Of a stretch of 64,000 nucleotides of DNA, positions 8,463 to 17,362 are shown piece by piece. The first letter of the stretch is position 1, and every line of letters begins with the position of its first letter. A program made the position numbers and the translations under genes. Below the pieces are notes generated by a model. The model worked only from the letters and a program-made list of their open reading frames with translations. It was not told where the DNA came from and made no database searches. The stretch is from Candidatus Roizmanbacteria bacterium RIFCSPLOWO2_01_FULL_37_12 (GTDB taxonomy: Bacteria; Patescibacteriota; Microgenomatia; UBA1406; GWC2-37-13), in NCBI GenBank assembly GCA_001789645.1, contig MGAG01000003.1:7843-71842 (forward strand). Reading direction: 5' to 3'.

Positions 8463-9956
8463 ACTCTTACGGATTAATCCGCCACGGGTGATAAGATTGC
8501 TCAATTTCTTCTTACTCATTAATCGTTCTCTGACTTTATTGGCTAAATCATGATGCTCCAGATGTAAACTGTTCTTTGGACCTAATTCTATAGAAAAAGT
8601 TTCTTCCAGTACATTTATGTCATCTTTAATTTCTTCCATAACCTTAATCTTTTTGGCCAATTTTTCGATATTTGCTTTATTCAAAAAATAACCTGCTCTG
8701 ATTAAATCATTTTTTAAATTTTTATACATGTGTGAAACTTCAGGCCATAATCTCTGTTTTTGAGCAGCACGGATACCTCTTCCGGTTGCAATAATTTCGG
8801 GGGGAATACCCAAAGAGTACAATAAACCGGTAAAAGTAATAGCTCGGGGAAGTTTAACCGATCCGACCGATCGGGAATAACCGAATAGTCCGATTTGCTG
8901 CATTCGTTCACGCCTGTTAGGAAATTCAGGGGCTAATTTATTTATCATTGGCGCAAGCTTCTCAACCGTTTTTTTATAAGAATATTCAAACAAAGGAATT
9001 ATTTTTTGTATGGCTGTGACTTCCTTATTATTGAGGGTCTCGGCTTTAGTTTTCTGCAGTTTAGTTTTGAGCAGTTTAATTGCCTGTTTCACCTTGCTTT
9101 TTGGGTAGTCATATCGGAAACCGCTCTGAATAACTAAGGTTGAGGCTCCGGAATATTCCTTAATAGTTTGACTGATCAGATCGGGAGTCACGCCGCCTCT
9201 GAAGGGCAGGCTTCCGGTTCCTAATATTGGATAAAGCTTGATTTCTTCATTCTCCTGAATCCTAGAAATATCCGAAAGGGCTACTTTTATCGCCAACATG
9301 GTCGGCACCAATCCCGAATTAAGCGCAGGATCACTCCTTGCCAAAAACGGACGCAGGTATGATGGTTTTTTCCCAAATACTTTTTTATGTAAAGTAATAT
9401 ATTTCTTAATCATCTGACCGGTGTTCATAATTTTGTCTACTTGCTCGACTAGAGGAATTAATTCAATTTGTTGAATCGAATCTTTCATCTTGAGGAGCGG
9501 ATGATTATTATTGACTAACTGTCTGAATGCTTCCTGAATATTTATTAATTCTTCGGCAGACTCGGTAAGCGGCAGGATCATCTCAAAAATCGGGTAATCC
9601 TCGAATCCCAAATTTTGCATTAACTGACTGTTGGTTATCGCCACCATAAACGCACGGGCCAGTCTGAATTGTTTCTCAACCCTTGGATTAGGAATACGGA
9701 AAGTAAGAAATTTTTCTTTCCCTAACGGGTATCTGGAAAAATAGTTATAGTAATCATGCAGTAACTTGTCGACCACCGCCTCATCAACAAACTTTCCCTC
9801 CCAATCCCAGATATATTCATCGATACCAAGATCTGAAAAACAAATGAAACTTTCTTTAATTTCGTCGGAATTGGAAATAAATGAGTTTTTACTCCAGAAA
9901 GGAACGGAGGCATTATCCGGATGTTGGGACGCCATCGACGAAGGAATCTTTCTCAT
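8454..9956 (-). CDS. ppcA: Archaeal-type phosphoenolpyruvate carboxylase
   Basis: 500 aa. N-terminal IPSSMASQHPDN matches the characteristic ..MSTQHPDN start of atPEPC. The size is about half of bacterial Ppc. Confidence 0.75.
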   Translation of the reverse strand: MRKIPSSMASQHPDNASVPFWSKNSFISNSDEIKESFICFSDLGIDEYIWDWEGKFVDEAVVDKLLHDYYNYFSRYPLGKEKFLTFRIPNPRVEKQFRLARAFMVAITNSQLMQNLGFEDYPIFEMILPLTESAEELINIQEAFRQLVNNNHPLLKMKDSIQQIELIPLVEQVDKIMNTGQMIKKYITLHKKVFGKKPSYLRPFLARSDPALNSGLVPTMLAIKVALSDISRIQENEEIKLYPILGTGSLPFRGGVTPDLISQTIKEYSGASTLVIQSGFRYDYPKSKVKQAIKLLKTKLQKTKAETLNNKEVTAIQKIIPLFEYSYKKTVEKLAPMINKLAPEFPNRRERMQQIGLFGYSRSVGSVKLPRAITFTGLLYSLGIPPEIIATGRGIRAAQKQRLWPEVSHMYKNLKNDLIRAGYFLNKANIEKLAKKIKVMEEIKDDINVLEETFSIELGPKNSLHLEHHDLANKVRERLMSKKKLSNLITRGGLIRKSLG

Positions 9957-10912
9957 TCTAAAATATTTTCATACCATTTTTTTATTTTAATGATTTCTTT
10001 TTTTATTCCGTATCTTGGATTCCAACCCAAAGTCTTTTTGACTTTGGAAAAATCCAGCGATTGAAAAGGAATTTCATTTTTAGCCGTATTCAGAATTCTG
10101 TATTTAACTTTCTTTTTTAAAACTTTTTCACATATTTTAATTACTTCAACTACACTCAGCGTCTCGTCGGATCCGAAGTTAAAAGCCTGCCCTTTTGCTG
10201 CTTCAATGTTATTAGCTAACAAGAGATAACCGCTAACAACGTCTTTTACATATAAATAATCCCTGACATACTTACCGTTGCTCCTGATTTCTAACTCCTG
10301 GCTACTGACTACTGATTTCATAATTCCCGGAATAATTCTTGAGAAATTAAGATCACCTTCGCCGTAAATATTTCCAAAACGAGTAGTTACAACTGGTAAT
10401 TTATAGGTTTTAAAATAGGAAGTCACAATTAAATCGGCAGCCGATTTTGAAACTTCATATGGATGATCTCCTCTCAAGGGGTCTGTTTCTTTATACTTTT
10501 CATTTAATCCTTTACCATAGGCTTTATCTGACGATGCCACAATGACTGCCTTAACCTTGGGATATAACCTAGCTGTTTCTAATATGTTTACCGTGCCCAT
10601 AATATTGGTTGATAGAGTTCTTTTTGGATTATAATAGGCGCTTTCAACTAAGGCTTGTGCTCCTAAATGAAAAATGATTTCAATATTATTTTTAACAATC
10701 AGGTCATAAATTTTTTCAAAATCTTCGATATCGACAAGCGCCATTTTTACTTTTTTATGCAATCCCCGTGTAAAAAAATATGATCGGGGAGAGTTCGATA
10801 TAAAAGTAGTTACCACATTAGCCTTCTGTTTTACCAACTCTTCCGCCAGATGTGACCCGACAAAACCAGTCCCGCCTGTTACTAAAATATTTTTATCTAT
10901 AAAATTATTCAT
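9953..10912 (-). CDS. NDP-hexose 4,6-dehydratase, CDP-glucose 4,6-dehydratase-like
   Basis: VTGGTGFVGSHL, FHLGAQALV, SSDKAYG, HPYEVSKSAAD and RFGNIYGEGD parallel RfbG motifs. It lies directly downstream of rfbF. ATGA overlap with ppcA. Confidence 0.65.
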   Translation of the reverse strand: MNNFIDKNILVTGGTGFVGSHLAEELVKQKANVVTTFISNSPRSYFFTRGLHKKVKMALVDIEDFEKIYDLIVKNNIEIIFHLGAQALVESAYYNPKRTLSTNIMGTVNILETARLYPKVKAVIVASSDKAYGKGLNEKYKETDPLRGDHPYEVSKSAADLIVTSYFKTYKLPVVTTRFGNIYGEGDLNFSRIIPGIMKSVVSSQELEIRSNGKYVRDYLYVKDVVSGYLLLANNIEAAKGQAFNFGSDETLSVVEVIKICEKVLKKKVKYRILNTAKNEIPFQSLDFSKVKKTLGWNPRYGIKKEIIKIKKWYENILE

Positions 10913-10921
10913 AAGCTTTTT

Positions 10922-11007
10922 GTCATCCTGAACTTGTTTCAGGATCTGGTTTTACTGGGATCCCGAAATAAATTCGGGATGACTCGCAATTAATGTTAAT
11001 GCGAGTC
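10922..11007 (+). repeat. Family-A element, copy A3, with an extra third hairpin
   Basis: GTCATCCTGAACTTGTTTCAGGATC ... GATCCCGAAATAAATTCGGGATGAC, followed by GACTCGCA-attaatgttaa-TGCGAGTC, which overlaps the rfbF stop. Confidence 0.85.
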
Positions 11008-11785
11008 ACTTCCACACCTTCCATGGTGCAATTCCAGTAGCCCAAATTTTATTTAAATCCTCATACTCTTTATGGGTATCAACTGCGTACCAGAAACCGG
11101 TATGTTTATAGAGCGAAAGCTGGTTTATTTTTGCTAGTCTTTTCAAAGCTTCATGTTCCAACTCGCCCGGTTTTTGATATTCAAAAAACCGCTTATCGAA
11201 TATCATATATCCCCCGTTTACCCAATCACTCATAATAGGTTTTTCACTGAATTCACTTACCATATTATCCTCCTTAATTTTGACTATTCCGAATTTGAAT
11301 TTCGGGTGTATGCCGGTAATAGTACCGATTTTTTTTTGCTTTTTATGAAACTTTACCAAAGCCGATACATCGATATCCGCCACACCGTCTCCATAGGTAA
11401 CCATAAAATATTTATCTTTATCTGGAATGTAATTTCGGCACAACAGTATTCTTTCACCCGGCTGCGTTTCTAAACCGGTATCGACAAAGGTTATTTTAAA
11501 ATCGTCAATTTCTGATCTGTTTTCAAGAAAGAATTTTGTTTTATGATTTCTTGTATTTAAAGTGAAGTCCGAAGTAAATGCTTTTTGATTTAAAAAAAAA
11601 TCTTTGATGTAATCACCTTTATATCCCAATGCCAAGATAAATTCATTATATCCGTACGAGGCATAGATCTTCATGATGTGCCAGACGATGGGTTTATTGC
11701 CGATGTAGACCATTGGTTTCGGCTTGAACTCGGTTTCCTCTTTCATCCTCGTCCCTATTCCGCCACAAAGGATTATTACTTTCAT
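11006..11785 (-). CDS. rfbF: Glucose-1-phosphate cytidylyltransferase
   Basis: MKVIILCGGIGTRMKEETEFKPKPMVYIGNKPIVWHIMKIYASYG is the canonical RfbF N-terminus. 259 aa. Confidence 0.9.
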   Translation of the reverse strand: MKVIILCGGIGTRMKEETEFKPKPMVYIGNKPIVWHIMKIYASYGYNEFILALGYKGDYIKDFFLNQKAFTSDFTLNTRNHKTKFFLENRSEIDDFKITFVDTGLETQPGERILLCRNYIPDKDKYFMVTYGDGVADIDVSALVKFHKKQKKIGTITGIHPKFKFGIVKIKEDNMVSEFSEKPIMSDWVNGGYMIFDKRFFEYQKPGELEHEALKRLAKINQLSLYKHTGFWYAVDTHKEYEDLNKIWATGIAPWKVWK

Positions 11786-11796
11786 ACCCAGTTATT

Positions 11797-13752
11797 TTAC
11801 AATATCTCTCTGATTTTTTTCACTATGGCCTCGCTATCGATCTCCTCGTAGCGCAAAAGATCTTGAGGAGATCCGGACCGGGGAATTTTTCTCACACAGA
11901 GGTGATGAACCGATACTTTAGTATTAACAAAAACCTCTCTCACGGCATCTCCCAATCCGCCATAGGGATAATGATCTTCAACTATAATAAATTGTTTATT
12001 GTTAATTGCTAATTGTTTTATTGTTATAGAGTCTATTGGTTTTATACTGTAGGCATCGACTATACAAATTTTTAGATTTTCTTTGGCTAACAAATCATAT
12101 GCCTTTAAAGCTTCATGCACCACAACTCCCGCCGCAATAATTACGGCACTATCCTCCTCGCTCTGCCTTAATATTTTTGACCCTCCGATACTGAATTCTT
12201 CATCTGCCGGGTAAATGACGGGAACCGAATCTCGCATGGTACGCAAATAACTTATACCTGTCTGTTTCGCCATCAGCATTGTAAGTTTAAAAGCCGATAC
12301 GGCATCACTGGGATGAAGCACTACGCTGTTTAAAATACTTCTCATTAAGCCGATATCTTCTAACCCCTCTTGTGAGGGGCCGTCCGGTCCGACAAAAACT
12401 CCGGCGTGGGAACAAACTATTTTTAGATTGCCTTCTGAATATTGCGCAATTCGGATTTGATCAAAGGCCCTACTTAAAAAGGCGGAAAAAGTTGAGACAA
12501 ATGGTATAAACCCAATTTTAGACAAACCCAAAGCGGTCGATATCATATTCTGCTCGGCGATAAACATCTCAAAAAATCTCTCGGGAAAAATATTTTTAAA
12601 TTTTTCGGTTAAGGTAGAATTGGAAACCTCTGCATCCAGAACAACCAGAACCGGATTTATTTTCCCAATCTCCACCAAAGCATCGCCATATGCTTCACGA
12701 GTCGAAACTAGTTCATCTAATGTGTAATTTGCTATTAACTGTTGATTGTTATTTTTAATTTTTGATATGTTATTTTGATATTTGATATTTAATGTTTGAT
12801 ATTGGGGAGCTATAATCTTACCTCTTATGTTCAAATCAACCTCTCCCAACTCTTTCAACACTACATCCAGTTGATATTTGGTTAGTGCCTTCCCATGCCA
12901 CCCCTCCGCATTCTCTAAAAACGAAACTCCCTTACCTTTCACCGTCTTTGCAATTATCATCATTGGCTTTCCATCCAAGTCTGAATTCGATTGACCTTGA
13001 CTGATTTCAACTGATTTAAACGCTTCATACACTTTATATATATCGTGTCCGTCGTCAACAACAATCGTTTGCCATCCGAAAGAAGAAATCCGGCGCTCGT
13101 AAGTCTCTAAATCCCACCCCAACATCGTTTCTCCACGTTGACCTAACCTGTTAACGTCTAATATCCCTATCAGATTTTTTAACTTGTAGTAAGATGCTAT
13201 TTGTAATCCCTCCCAGATTTGACCCTCTGACATTTCGGAATCACCCAACAAAACCCATATTTTCGGAGTTCTTTCAATTTTTAATTTTTCATCCATTCGA
13301 CTTTGCTCAGGATGACCCTGAGTTTTATCGAATGGGTCATTTTTAATTTTTAATTTAATTCCCAGTGCCATTCCCAATCCGATTGACATTCCCTGGCCTA
13401 AAGATCCGGTCGCGACATCCGCATAAGGAAATCTAGGCATAGGGTGTCCTTCCAATCTCGAACCGAATTTTCTTAGAGTCATTATTTCTTCATATGAAAT
13501 TATTCCCGCTGCCTGGTACAAAGAATAAAGCAGGGGAGCGGCATGACCTTTAGAAAAAACTACCCTGTCATTCGTAATATTTTTTGGATTATCGCTATCG
13601 AATCGTAAAAACCCGGCAAAAAATAAAACCGCCATCAGTTCAACCGCCGAAAGACTGGATGAAGTATGCCCCGAACCGGCCGCATTCGTCGAAGTTAAAA
13701 TATCGTACCTGACTAATCGGCAAATCTTTTCCAATATTTCTCTGTTTGGCAT
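11797..13752 (-). CDS. tkt: Transketolase (single fused polypeptide, with two repeat-derived inserts)
   Basis: GSGHTSSSLS, GHPMPRFPY..ATGSLGQG and LLGDSEMSEGQIWE (ThDP motif) in the N-half. The C-half has FIAEQNM pyrimidine-binding and C-terminal domains. Confidence 0.9.
   Translation of the reverse strand: MPNREILEKICRLVRYDILTSTNAAGSGHTSSSLSAVELMAVLFFAGFLRFDSDNPKNITNDRVVFSKGHAAPLLYSLYQAAGIISYEEIMTLRKFGSRLEGHPMPRFPYADVATGSLGQGMSIGLGMALGIKLKIKNDPFDKTQGHPEQSRMDEKLKIERTPKIWVLLGDSEMSEGQIWEGLQIASYYKLKNLIGILDVNRLGQRGETMLGWDLETYERRISSFGWQTIVVDDGHDIYKVYEAFKSVEISQGQSNSDLDGKPMMIIAKTVKGKGVSFLENAEGWHGKALTKYQLDVVLKELGEVDLNIRGKIIAPQYQTLNIKYQNNISKIKNNNQQLIANYTLDELVSTREAYGDALVEIGKINPVLVVLDAEVSNSTLTEKFKNIFPERFFEMFIAEQNMISTALGLSKIGFIPFVSTFSAFLSRAFDQIRIAQYSEGNLKIVCSHAGVFVGPDGPSQEGLEDIGLMRSILNSVVLHPSDAVSAFKLTMLMAKQTGISYLRTMRDSVPVIYPADEEFSIGGSKILRQSEEDSAVIIAAGVVVHEALKAYDLLAKENLKICIVDAYSIKPIDSITIKQLAINNKQFIIVEDHYPYGGLGDAVREVFVNTKVSVHHLCVRKIPRSGSPQDLLRYEEIDSEAIVKKIREIL
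12761..12801. repeat. Heptamer block (TTTGATA-type) inside the transketolase inter-domain linker
   Basis: TTTGATA at 12761, then TTTGATA TTTGATA TTTAATG TTTGATA at 12774..12801. It encodes ..LNIKYQNNISKIKNN.. Confidence 0.8.
13293..13335. repeat. Family-B nested palindrome, copy B2, in frame inside transketolase
   Basis: CCATTCGA-ctttg-CTCAGG-atgac-CCTGAG-tttta-TCGAATGG. It encodes ..NDPFDKTQGHPEQSRMDE.. Confidence 0.85.
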
Positions 13753-13778
13753 ATTAGTTAAGTATATAATACATAAAT

Positions 13779-14657
13779 ATGTCTAATAAAACGAAGGCTA
13801 TTCTTGCTATTTTATTTGCATCCATATTTGGTGGAGCGGCATCGACTGTTATTAAAATAGCAATCAGACAAATCCCCCCCTTCAGCTTTTCGTTTATTAG
13901 ATTTCTAATTGCTTCAATTTTCTTACTTCCTCTATTTTTTAAGCATAAACCAAAATTTGACAAAGATTTTCGCCATCTTCTTTTAATCTCATTGCTGCCA
14001 ACTTTGAATATAGGCTTATTTGTCATCGGTCTTAAAACAACTACCGCCTCCATCGCGCAGATGCTTTATGCAGGAACTCCACTCATTGTTGGTGTTTTAA
14101 GTTATTTTTTATTCGGATTTAGCATGAAATTGAAGAGATGGTTTTTTATATCGATCGGGCTTTTTGGAGTTTCGCTAGTTATATTTCTTCCTTTGATTCA
14201 GAAAAATGCTGCCCATACAGGAGATTTAGGGGGAAATTTATTAATTGCTCTTGGGGTCATATGTTGGTCTATTTATGCTGTATACTCTAAAGAGCTGCAA
14301 AAAAAATACTCGCCTTTAATTATTACGTCTGTGTTTTTCTTTGTCTCTACCGTGATATTTTTCTTTTTGTCTTTCTTGGAATATTCGCCAAAAAACATAT
14401 GGTGGATAAACTTAAAACTGTCTTCAATAATTGGACTCTTGTATGCCTCAATTTTTGCGACTGTTGGCTCATATATGCTAAACCAATACTCATTCAAATT
14501 TGCCAATCCTGTACTTGGCTCACTCAATCTTTATCTGATTCCAATATTTGCCTATTTTAGCGCTTACGTTTTATTAGGAGAAAAGTTAACAATCGGTTTA
14601 ATCTCAGGAACAATTCTTGTCTTCTTAAGTATAACGCTAGCTACTTATTTCAAATAA
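13779..14657 (+). CDS. EamA/DMT-family transporter
   Basis: 292 aa with about 10 hydrophobic helices in a duplicated 5+5 layout typical of EamA. Confidence 0.75.
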   Translation: MSNKTKAILAILFASIFGGAASTVIKIAIRQIPPFSFSFIRFLIASIFLLPLFFKHKPKFDKDFRHLLLISLLPTLNIGLFVIGLKTTTASIAQMLYAGTPLIVGVLSYFLFGFSMKLKRWFFISIGLFGVSLVIFLPLIQKNAAHTGDLGGNLLIALGVICWSIYAVYSKELQKKYSPLIITSVFFFVSTVIFFFLSFLEYSPKNIWWINLKLSSIIGLLYASIFATVGSYMLNQYSFKFANPVLGSLNLYLIPIFAYFSAYVLLGEKLTIGLISGTILVFLSITLATYFK

Positions 14658-14716
14658 GTTTCCCTTTCTCCGTTTAGGCGACTTGAACAGAATTAAATTT
14701 AACCTACTGTAGAAAT

Positions 14717-14908
14717 TTATGCAAGATGGGAGTGTGTTTCTTCCGGTTTATAATAAGCGCTGCATATACGGCATTTTTTTCTTAACGCAAAAGTGTGTCC
14801 CTTCTTCGTACATCCTTCTGTTCCGCATTTGGTCAATCCGCCCTTGTATTCTTCTTCAGAGATTTCCGCTTTACATGTCCCTGTACAAATATAAACGATT
14901 TTATCCAT
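14717..14908 (-). CDS. Small cysteine-rich (putative metal-binding) protein
   Basis: 63 aa with CTGTC, CGTEGC and CRIC pairs. The opposite-strand ORF 14719..14925 looks like a shadow. Confidence 0.4.
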   Translation of the reverse strand: MDKIVYICTGTCKAEISEEEYKGGLTKCGTEGCTKKGHTFALRKKCRICSAYYKPEETHSHLA

Positions 14909-14946
14909 ATTTATTAAATTTATAATACTTTTATTATACTATATAC

Positions 14947-16305
14947 ATGCGTTTGTTAACTATTGTATTCTTTATCTTTTTATTTATTTTTATCCGTTCC
15001 CTTAATTTTACCGAACACTTGAATTTTTCCTTCGATCAGGCATGGTCGTCTACCCGAGCCCTGGAAATTTGGAGAGATAAGGAATTTACTCTGGTTGGAC
15101 CGGGAAACTCAATAGTTGTTGGCGGAAAACAAATTCTGCAGGGATCGATTAACTATTATTTCCTCCTATTATTTCTTATATTGGGCAATTTTGATCCGAT
15201 AATTTCGTCTTATTTATTTATGCTTTTTTCCGCATTTATGCTCGTCCCGCTTTATTACGGTGTAAAAATGTTCTACAACCACAAAACGGCGGTTTTAATT
15301 ATTGCTTTTTACTCTCTTGTGCCGCTTTATATTGATTTCACTCGGTTTTTCTTTGGCCCCGGTTTTCAGTTCTCGCTAATTCCCTTATTAATATTGTTTG
15401 CCGGTTTGTATAAGCAAAGTAAAAAACTCATCTATCTCTTTATGGCTTTTTTTAGCATTGGAGTTATCTCGCAATTTCATTTTGCAACTCTAATTTTTTT
15501 TCCTCTGTTCCTCTTTTATTTTATTAAAAAGAATTATCTTAAGGAAAAGAAGTCAGAGGAGGAAGGGCCTCCCGGCAGCGCGGAATTGAGGGTTATCGGA
15601 TCCGAAGCGAGCACTGACGGCTTGGCCTTCGTAGCCGTAGGTACTACGACAAAGGAGGCGAAGGAATCATCTGACAGAATCTGGATTAAAGCGGTAATAA
15701 TTTTTTCTGGTTTTCTTTTGGGTTTTTCTCCAATTATTTTTTTTGAACTTAAAAACAAATTTTATAATATCGTAGTTTTTAGCGATTATCTTAAAAATGC
15801 CGGAAGTTTTTCAAATTTTCAGTTACTGCCTCATAGATATTTATCACTAAGTTTGGTTTTATTGGTTTTGATTATCGGCAAATATAAAAAAATCGTCAGT
15901 GTTAAACTGATAGTTTTTGCCTGCTTAATTCTTGGTATTGTTGATCTTAGCTTATATCTACCAAAACCAAAACAAGCCTTCGGAATGGCGGAGAATTGGA
16001 ATTATCTCATGGAAAAAAAAGCATACGGGATTATTAAAAAAGAGGGCTTAAAAGATTTTAATATTGCCAATTTGATTTATGACAATCTATCGGTTGTAAT
16101 TAAATATCAAATGAGAAAAGATAACTATCTTATTAATTTCGATGATTATTATCATAATAAATATCTGTTTGTAATAGATAAAAATGAAAAAAATATTTCG
16201 AAAAATCCTGCCTATGAGGTACAAAACTTCAATCCCCGGAAAAAAAGCAAACAATGGAAAATAAATGATTCTTACAATTTATACCTGTACAAAAGAACAA
16301 AATAA
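14947..16305 (+). CDS. Polytopic membrane protein, GT-C-like putative glycosyltransferase, carrying a GC-rich in-frame insert
   Basis: 452 aa and strongly hydrophobic. The layout resembles ArnT/PMT-type proteins. Residues KKSEEEGPPGSAELRV...KESSDR are encoded by a GC-rich foreign-looking segment. Confidence 0.45.
   Translation: MRLLTIVFFIFLFIFIRSLNFTEHLNFSFDQAWSSTRALEIWRDKEFTLVGPGNSIVVGGKQILQGSINYYFLLLFLILGNFDPIISSYLFMLFSAFMLVPLYYGVKMFYNHKTAVLIIAFYSLVPLYIDFTRFFFGPGFQFSLIPLLILFAGLYKQSKKLIYLFMAFFSIGVISQFHFATLIFFPLFLFYFIKKNYLKEKKSEEEGPPGSAELRVIGSEASTDGLAFVAVGTTTKEAKESSDRIWIKAVIIFSGFLLGFSPIIFFELKNKFYNIVVFSDYLKNAGSFSNFQLLPHRYLSLSLVLLVLIIGKYKKIVSVKLIVFACLILGIVDLSLYLPKPKQAFGMAENWNYLMEKKAYGIIKKEGLKDFNIANLIYDNLSVVIKYQMRKDNYLINFDDYYHNKYLFVIDKNEKNISKNPAYEVQNFNPRKKSKQWKINDSYNLYLYKRTK
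15548..15690. repeat. GC-rich segment of about 140 bp, in frame inside membrane-protein ORF (origin unknown)
   Basis: Visibly higher G+C than its flanks. Small hairpins are present (GGAGG-aaggg-CCTCC; TCGTAG-ccgtaggta-CTACGA). Both strands are open (shadow ORF 15534..15758). Confidence 0.6.
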
Positions 16306-16331
16306 TAGCCGATTCGACGAAGCGGAAAAAT

Positions 16332-17315
16332 TTAAACAAGGAGGGTTTTGACTCTCTTCATATCGGCTTTAACCATCATTTTAACCAACTCAGCAAAAGT
16401 AACTTTTGGTCTCCAGCCTAAAATTTTTAGTGCTTTTTCGGGTTTAGCCTTTAATTCATACACCTCTGCGGGCCTTTTAAAACGGGGGTCGATCACGATA
16501 TATTTTTTCCAATCGGGTATTTCCGCATATTTAAAAGCCAATTCGACAAACTCTTTTACACTATGATTTTGCCCTGTACCGATCACATAATCATCAGCCT
16601 TATCTTGTTGGAGCATCAAATACATCGCTTCCGCATAATCGCCTGCAAAACCCCAGTCACGCTTAGCGTCAAGATTTCCCAAATTTATTTTTTTGGCCAG
16701 TCCGTATTTTATTCGCGCCGCACCATCGGTAATTTTTCTTGTCACAAACTGTTTCCCTCTTACGGGTGATTCATGATTAAAGAGAATTCCGCTCGCCGTA
16801 AATAGGCCGTAAGATTCTCTAAAATTTACCGTCATCCAATGAGCATAAACTTTCGCTATACCATACGGACTTCTTGGATGAAAGGAAGTTTTTTCGTCTT
16901 GGTAACCGTGTGTGTTGCCTAAACCAAACATCTCTGAGGTTGAAGCTTGATAAAACTTAGTAGTCGGGGAAAAAATTTTGAGTGAATTTAATAAATACAA
17001 AACACCAAGTGCGTTTACTTCTGTAGTCAATTTTGCCATCTGCCAAGAGTCTCCGACGAAAGACTGGGCTGCAAGATTATATACTTCATCCGGCCTCACC
17101 GTTCTAACAACATTCATCAGCGAAGATTCGTCACCCATATCGCCTTCAATAAATTCTATTTTGTCTGTAATCTCAAGGTAATCTAAAGTCTCAAAATTAG
17201 GGTTTGAGTATCGCCTAATCATTCCGTAAACTTTATATCCTTTGGCAAGTAGTAATTTCGAGAGATAGGGACCATCCTGACCAAGAATTCCTGTGATTAG
17301 TGCAGTTTTAGCCAT
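16332..17315 (-). CDS. gmd: GDP-mannose 4,6-dehydratase
   Basis: MAKTALITGILGQDGPYLSKLLLAKGYKVYGMIRR, STSEMFG and SPYGIAKVYAHW. A classic Gmd. Confidence 0.92.
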   Translation of the reverse strand: MAKTALITGILGQDGPYLSKLLLAKGYKVYGMIRRYSNPNFETLDYLEITDKIEFIEGDMGDESSLMNVVRTVRPDEVYNLAAQSFVGDSWQMAKLTTEVNALGVLYLLNSLKIFSPTTKFYQASTSEMFGLGNTHGYQDEKTSFHPRSPYGIAKVYAHWMTVNFRESYGLFTASGILFNHESPVRGKQFVTRKITDGAARIKYGLAKKINLGNLDAKRDWGFAGDYAEAMYLMLQQDKADDYVIGTGQNHSVKEFVELAFKYAEIPDWKKYIVIDPRFKRPAEVYELKAKPEKALKILGWRPKVTFAELVKMMVKADMKRVKTLLV

Positions 17316-17346
17316 AACTGTAATTATAACTAATAATTTTCATATT

Positions 17347-17355
17347 TGTTAGAAT
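17347..17355 (+). promoter_or_regulatory. Extended -10-like TGTTAGAAT, 7 nt before the flippase ATG
   Basis: The spacing is compatible with a leaderless transcript. Confidence 0.3.
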
Positions 17356-17362
17356 ATTCTTT

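Noticed and set aside
13754-14053. ORFs lying antisense to, or in other frames of, well-supported genes. Examples: 853..1170, 1363..1674, 3433..3732, 11153..11473, 13754..14053, 21668..21907, 25851..26198, 29857..30231, 42058..42408, 51294..51650, 53317..53622, 60157..60495.
   Set aside because: They overlap strongly motif-supported genes, have low-complexity or repeat-derived translations, and lack any recognisable motif. They are treated as shadow ORFs.
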